Shown here piece by piece: positions 49,424-52,324 of a stretch of DNA of 52,324 nucleotides. The DNA lies in assembly GCA_051941275.1 (NCBI GenBank), contig JAVEBF010000019.1, positions 1-52,324 of the forward strand, written 5' to 3'. The position numbers and the translations under genes are program-made. The stretch comes from Dirinaria sp. TL-2023a (taxonomy: Eukaryota). The notes beneath the pieces are model-generated. The model saw only the letters and a list, made by a program, of their open reading frames with translations, made no database searches and was not told the DNA's origin. Position 1 is the stretch's first letter, and every line of letters begins with the position of its first letter.

Positions 49424-51861
49424 ATGCATTTCACCAACATCCTCGCCATCGGCGCTCTGGTGACTTACTCGGTCGCAGCTCCTGCTCCCGCCCCTCATGT
49501 CCTCCACGAGAAGAGAGACCGCCCTCTGCGCATGTGGGCGAAGCGCGACAGGGTCGACCCTTCTATAGAGCTGCCCGTGCGCATCGGCCTGACCCAGGGT
49601 AATCTCGACAAAGGGCCAAGTCTGCTTGACGAAGTGTAAGCCTTGTTATCCTTGCACTGCTACTTGTTCAGGGTCTGGTGACTTCGATCATGGAGCAGCG
49701 ACTGTTGGCGGTTTCGCGGTCCGTATAGAAGTCGTGTTGTCTTGTCTTGCCTGGTTGCTTTTTGTGGGCATTTGCTATCAATCATCTATTTTACCGTTCC
49801 CATGTTACCCTGGTCTCTTTACGTTTCCGACATATTCATATGGCTTACGTCTACTTTCCAGATCAAATCCTTTCTCACCCAAATACGGACAGCACTTCTC
49901 GGCCGAGGAGGTCCATGACATTTTCGCCCCAGCCAAGAACACTGTTGACAATGTTCGCGCTTGGCTCCAAGCTTCCGGCATCGAACCCGGTCGTGTCTCC
50001 CAGTCTATAAACAAGCAGTGGCTGCAGTTCGATGCGAAGGCAGCCGAGGTGGAAGCTCTGATCAAAGCCGAGTTCCACCACTACGAGCATTTGGCGACTG
50101 GGAAGACCAACATCGGCTGCGATGAGTAAGCCTCGCAGAAGGCATAAGGTCTGCACAGCTGATGGAGATGGTCCAGATATCAGGTTCCAGCCCACGTCCA
50201 GGAGCACATAGATTATATTACGCCCGGCTTGAAATTGCTAGTTCCTGCACGAACAAGATCCGGATCGGAAGCTCAACAGCTGGAGAAGCGCATTTTTGGC
50301 GTCACGGGCAAAAACACCCCTATCCTGCCTCCGTTGAAAAAGGCGCTGCCGGCCCCCTTGTCGAACATCTTGAAACTCACGCTGAACGCCATCTGCCAAG
50401 TTGCCGTCATCCCACAGTGCATCTCAAGTGAGCCTTCTAGCCTACAGCTAGCGGGATCCTGCTAACAAATTCTTAGCATTCTACAACATTACCAAGCCTA
50501 CCAAGGCAGCTGCGGGAAACCAACTCGGCATCTTCGAAGATCTGAATGATAAATACAGTCAAACGGATCTCAATGATTTCTTTGCAACCCTAGCCCCGTA
50601 AACCCTCTTCTTCCCTTCAACGCTGCCTTCCATCCATTAACAGCTTCCCAGGCAAATCCCGCAAGGTACTCACCCCACTCTCGACGGCATTGACGGGGCT
50701 ACTGCGCCCGTGCCAGTGGCTCAAGCAGGGCCCGAATCCGACCTCGACTTCCAAATCTCCTACCCGATAATCTACCCGCAGAACAGCATCCTGTTCCAAA
50801 CAGACGACAACCCCTACGAAGCGAACTACACCTTCCAGGGCTTCCTCAACAACTTCCTCGACGCCATTGACGGCTCTTACTGCACCTATTCCGCCTTCGG
50901 TGAAACGGGGAACTCGCCCCTGGACCCTCCGTACCCGGACACCACCCGCCCAGGGGGCTACACGGGCCAACTGCAATGCGGAGTGTACAAACCGACCAAC
51001 GTCATCTCGATCTCGTACGGCGGGCAGGAAGCGGACCTGCCACCTTCGTACCAAGAGCGGCAATGCAACGAGTACATGAAGCTGGGCATGCAAGGCGTCT
51101 CCATCGTCGTGTCCTCGGGTGACTCGGGCGTCTCCGGACCGTCCGGTGACGACAACCCAGACGGCTGCCTCGGGCCCGACGGGAAAGTCTTCTCCCCGGA
51201 CTTCCCAGCAACATGCCCCTACCTGACCACGGCGGGCGCCACATTCCTCCCGCCGGGCGGCAACGCAGCCCAAGATCAAGAGGTCGCCGTCACGCGGTTC
51301 CCCTCCGGAGGCGGGTTCAGCAACCTGTACCCCATCCCCAACTACCAGGCGAGCGCGGTGGCGAACTACTTCGCCACCTCGAACCCGCCGTACCCGTACT
51401 ATTCGGCCACGAACGGGACAGGAGTCGGCGCCAACGGCGGCATCTACAACCGCATCGGCCGGGGCTATCCGGACGTCAGCGCCGTGGGGGACAACGTGGT
51501 GATCTTCAACGAGGGCGCGCCGACGCTGATCGGGGGCACGTCGGCGTCCGCGCCCGTGTTCGCCGCGATCCTGAACCGCATCAACGAGGAACGCATCGCC
51601 GCGGGGAAGAAGACGATCGGCTTTGCCAATCCGACGCTAGTACGTAATCCCCCTCCCCCATGATGACCCCCTCTCGACATTGTTACTGACTTGCGATCCA
51701 CACAGTACGCGAACCCCACCGCGCTGCACGATATCACGGTCGGGAACAATTCCGGCTGCGGCACGAGCGGGTTCTTCGCCGCCAAGGGCTGGGATCCGGT
51801 CACGGGCCTGGGCACACCGAATTACCCGGCTCTGCTGAAGGTGTTCCAGAGCTTGCCTTGA
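49424..51861 (+). CDS. Secreted sedolisin-family (S53) tripeptidyl-peptidase/aorsin-like protease; about 6 exons
   Basis: Signal peptide; pro-kumamolisin domain (LPVRIGLTQ, SPKYGQHFSAEEV); catalytic ESDLD, SSGDSG and GGTSASAP; C-terminal GWDPVTGLGTPNY; stop TGA 51859-51861. Confidence 0.94.
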
Positions 51862-52295
51862 TCTTTGTTTCCAGCATTGGCATGGGATGGTCATATATAC
51901 AGACAGATCCACATATATATATGTATATATATATAGAGTTATTGCGCCCTTCTTGGTATCTATAATCGAGGGATTAAAAACAGATTCTGATGTATGAAGG
52001 ACAAAAATTTGTATAAAAAAATCTTAGCGGATTATTTGGATCAATGTTGTCTATATATATTTACCGTGTTCCTGTGGACCCGACGCTTCGATTTCGATAA
52101 AACCTGACGAGTGAGCATCGAATTTCGGCGGCAGAAGACACGAAAGCTTAGCGGAAACCCATTCCTGAATGATATGGGTACGTATATATATATACATAAC
52201 TTCAGAATGGATTTATTAGGCTTGGGGGGAAAGGTAGGGATTTTGAGAGGCTAGGTTTTCGTAATGTATAGACAGGTTGGATATTTTACATACCG

Positions 52296-52324
52296 AATCC
52301 AACCCAATCCAATCCAATCCAATC
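52296..52324. repeat. (AATCC)n pentanucleotide repeat, cut by the window end
   Basis: Direct read, with one imperfect unit. Confidence 0.8.

Noticed and set aside
52296..52324. Terminal repeat as a telomere
   Set aside because: The unit is AATCC, not the TTAGGG/CCCTAA typical of filamentous ascomycetes.

Overview
Filamentous-ascomycete (Pezizomycotina-type) genomic DNA with GT-AG introns. About 0.76-39.8 kb holds an apparently intact secondary-metabolite gene cluster of ten genes. In order: secreted GMC oxidoreductase, three-repeat Myb transcription factor, 2OG-Fe(II) oxygenase, enoyl-CoA hydratase, cytochrome P450, HSL-type alpha/beta hydrolase, highly reducing PKS, MBOAT O-acyltransferase, NRPS-like A-T-R carboxylic acid reductase and non-reducing PKS (SAT-KS-AT-PT-ACP-ACP-CMeT-esterase/TE). 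The HR-PKS (KS-AT-DH-pseudoMT-ER-KR-ACP) has non-canonical ER and DH motifs. The NR-PKS, A-T-R, P450, GMC and Myb core recalls the cichorine and A. terreus ATEG_03629/03630 aryl-aldehyde clusters, but it is joined to an HR-PKS/hydrolase/MBOAT/crotonase acyl module, a combination I do not recognise as characterised. An exact 11-mer, GACTCGGGTCC, occurs four times, always in cluster promoters, with near-matches in three other cluster promoters; it is a candidate operator for the Myb factor. Right of the cluster lie a secreted lysozyme/SLT-fold gene, a pseudogenised helical-N-terminus/kinase-like/ZZ gene and a sedolisin (S53) peptidase. Exon boundaries were read by eye, and all product and pathway assignments are motif-based inference without database searches.
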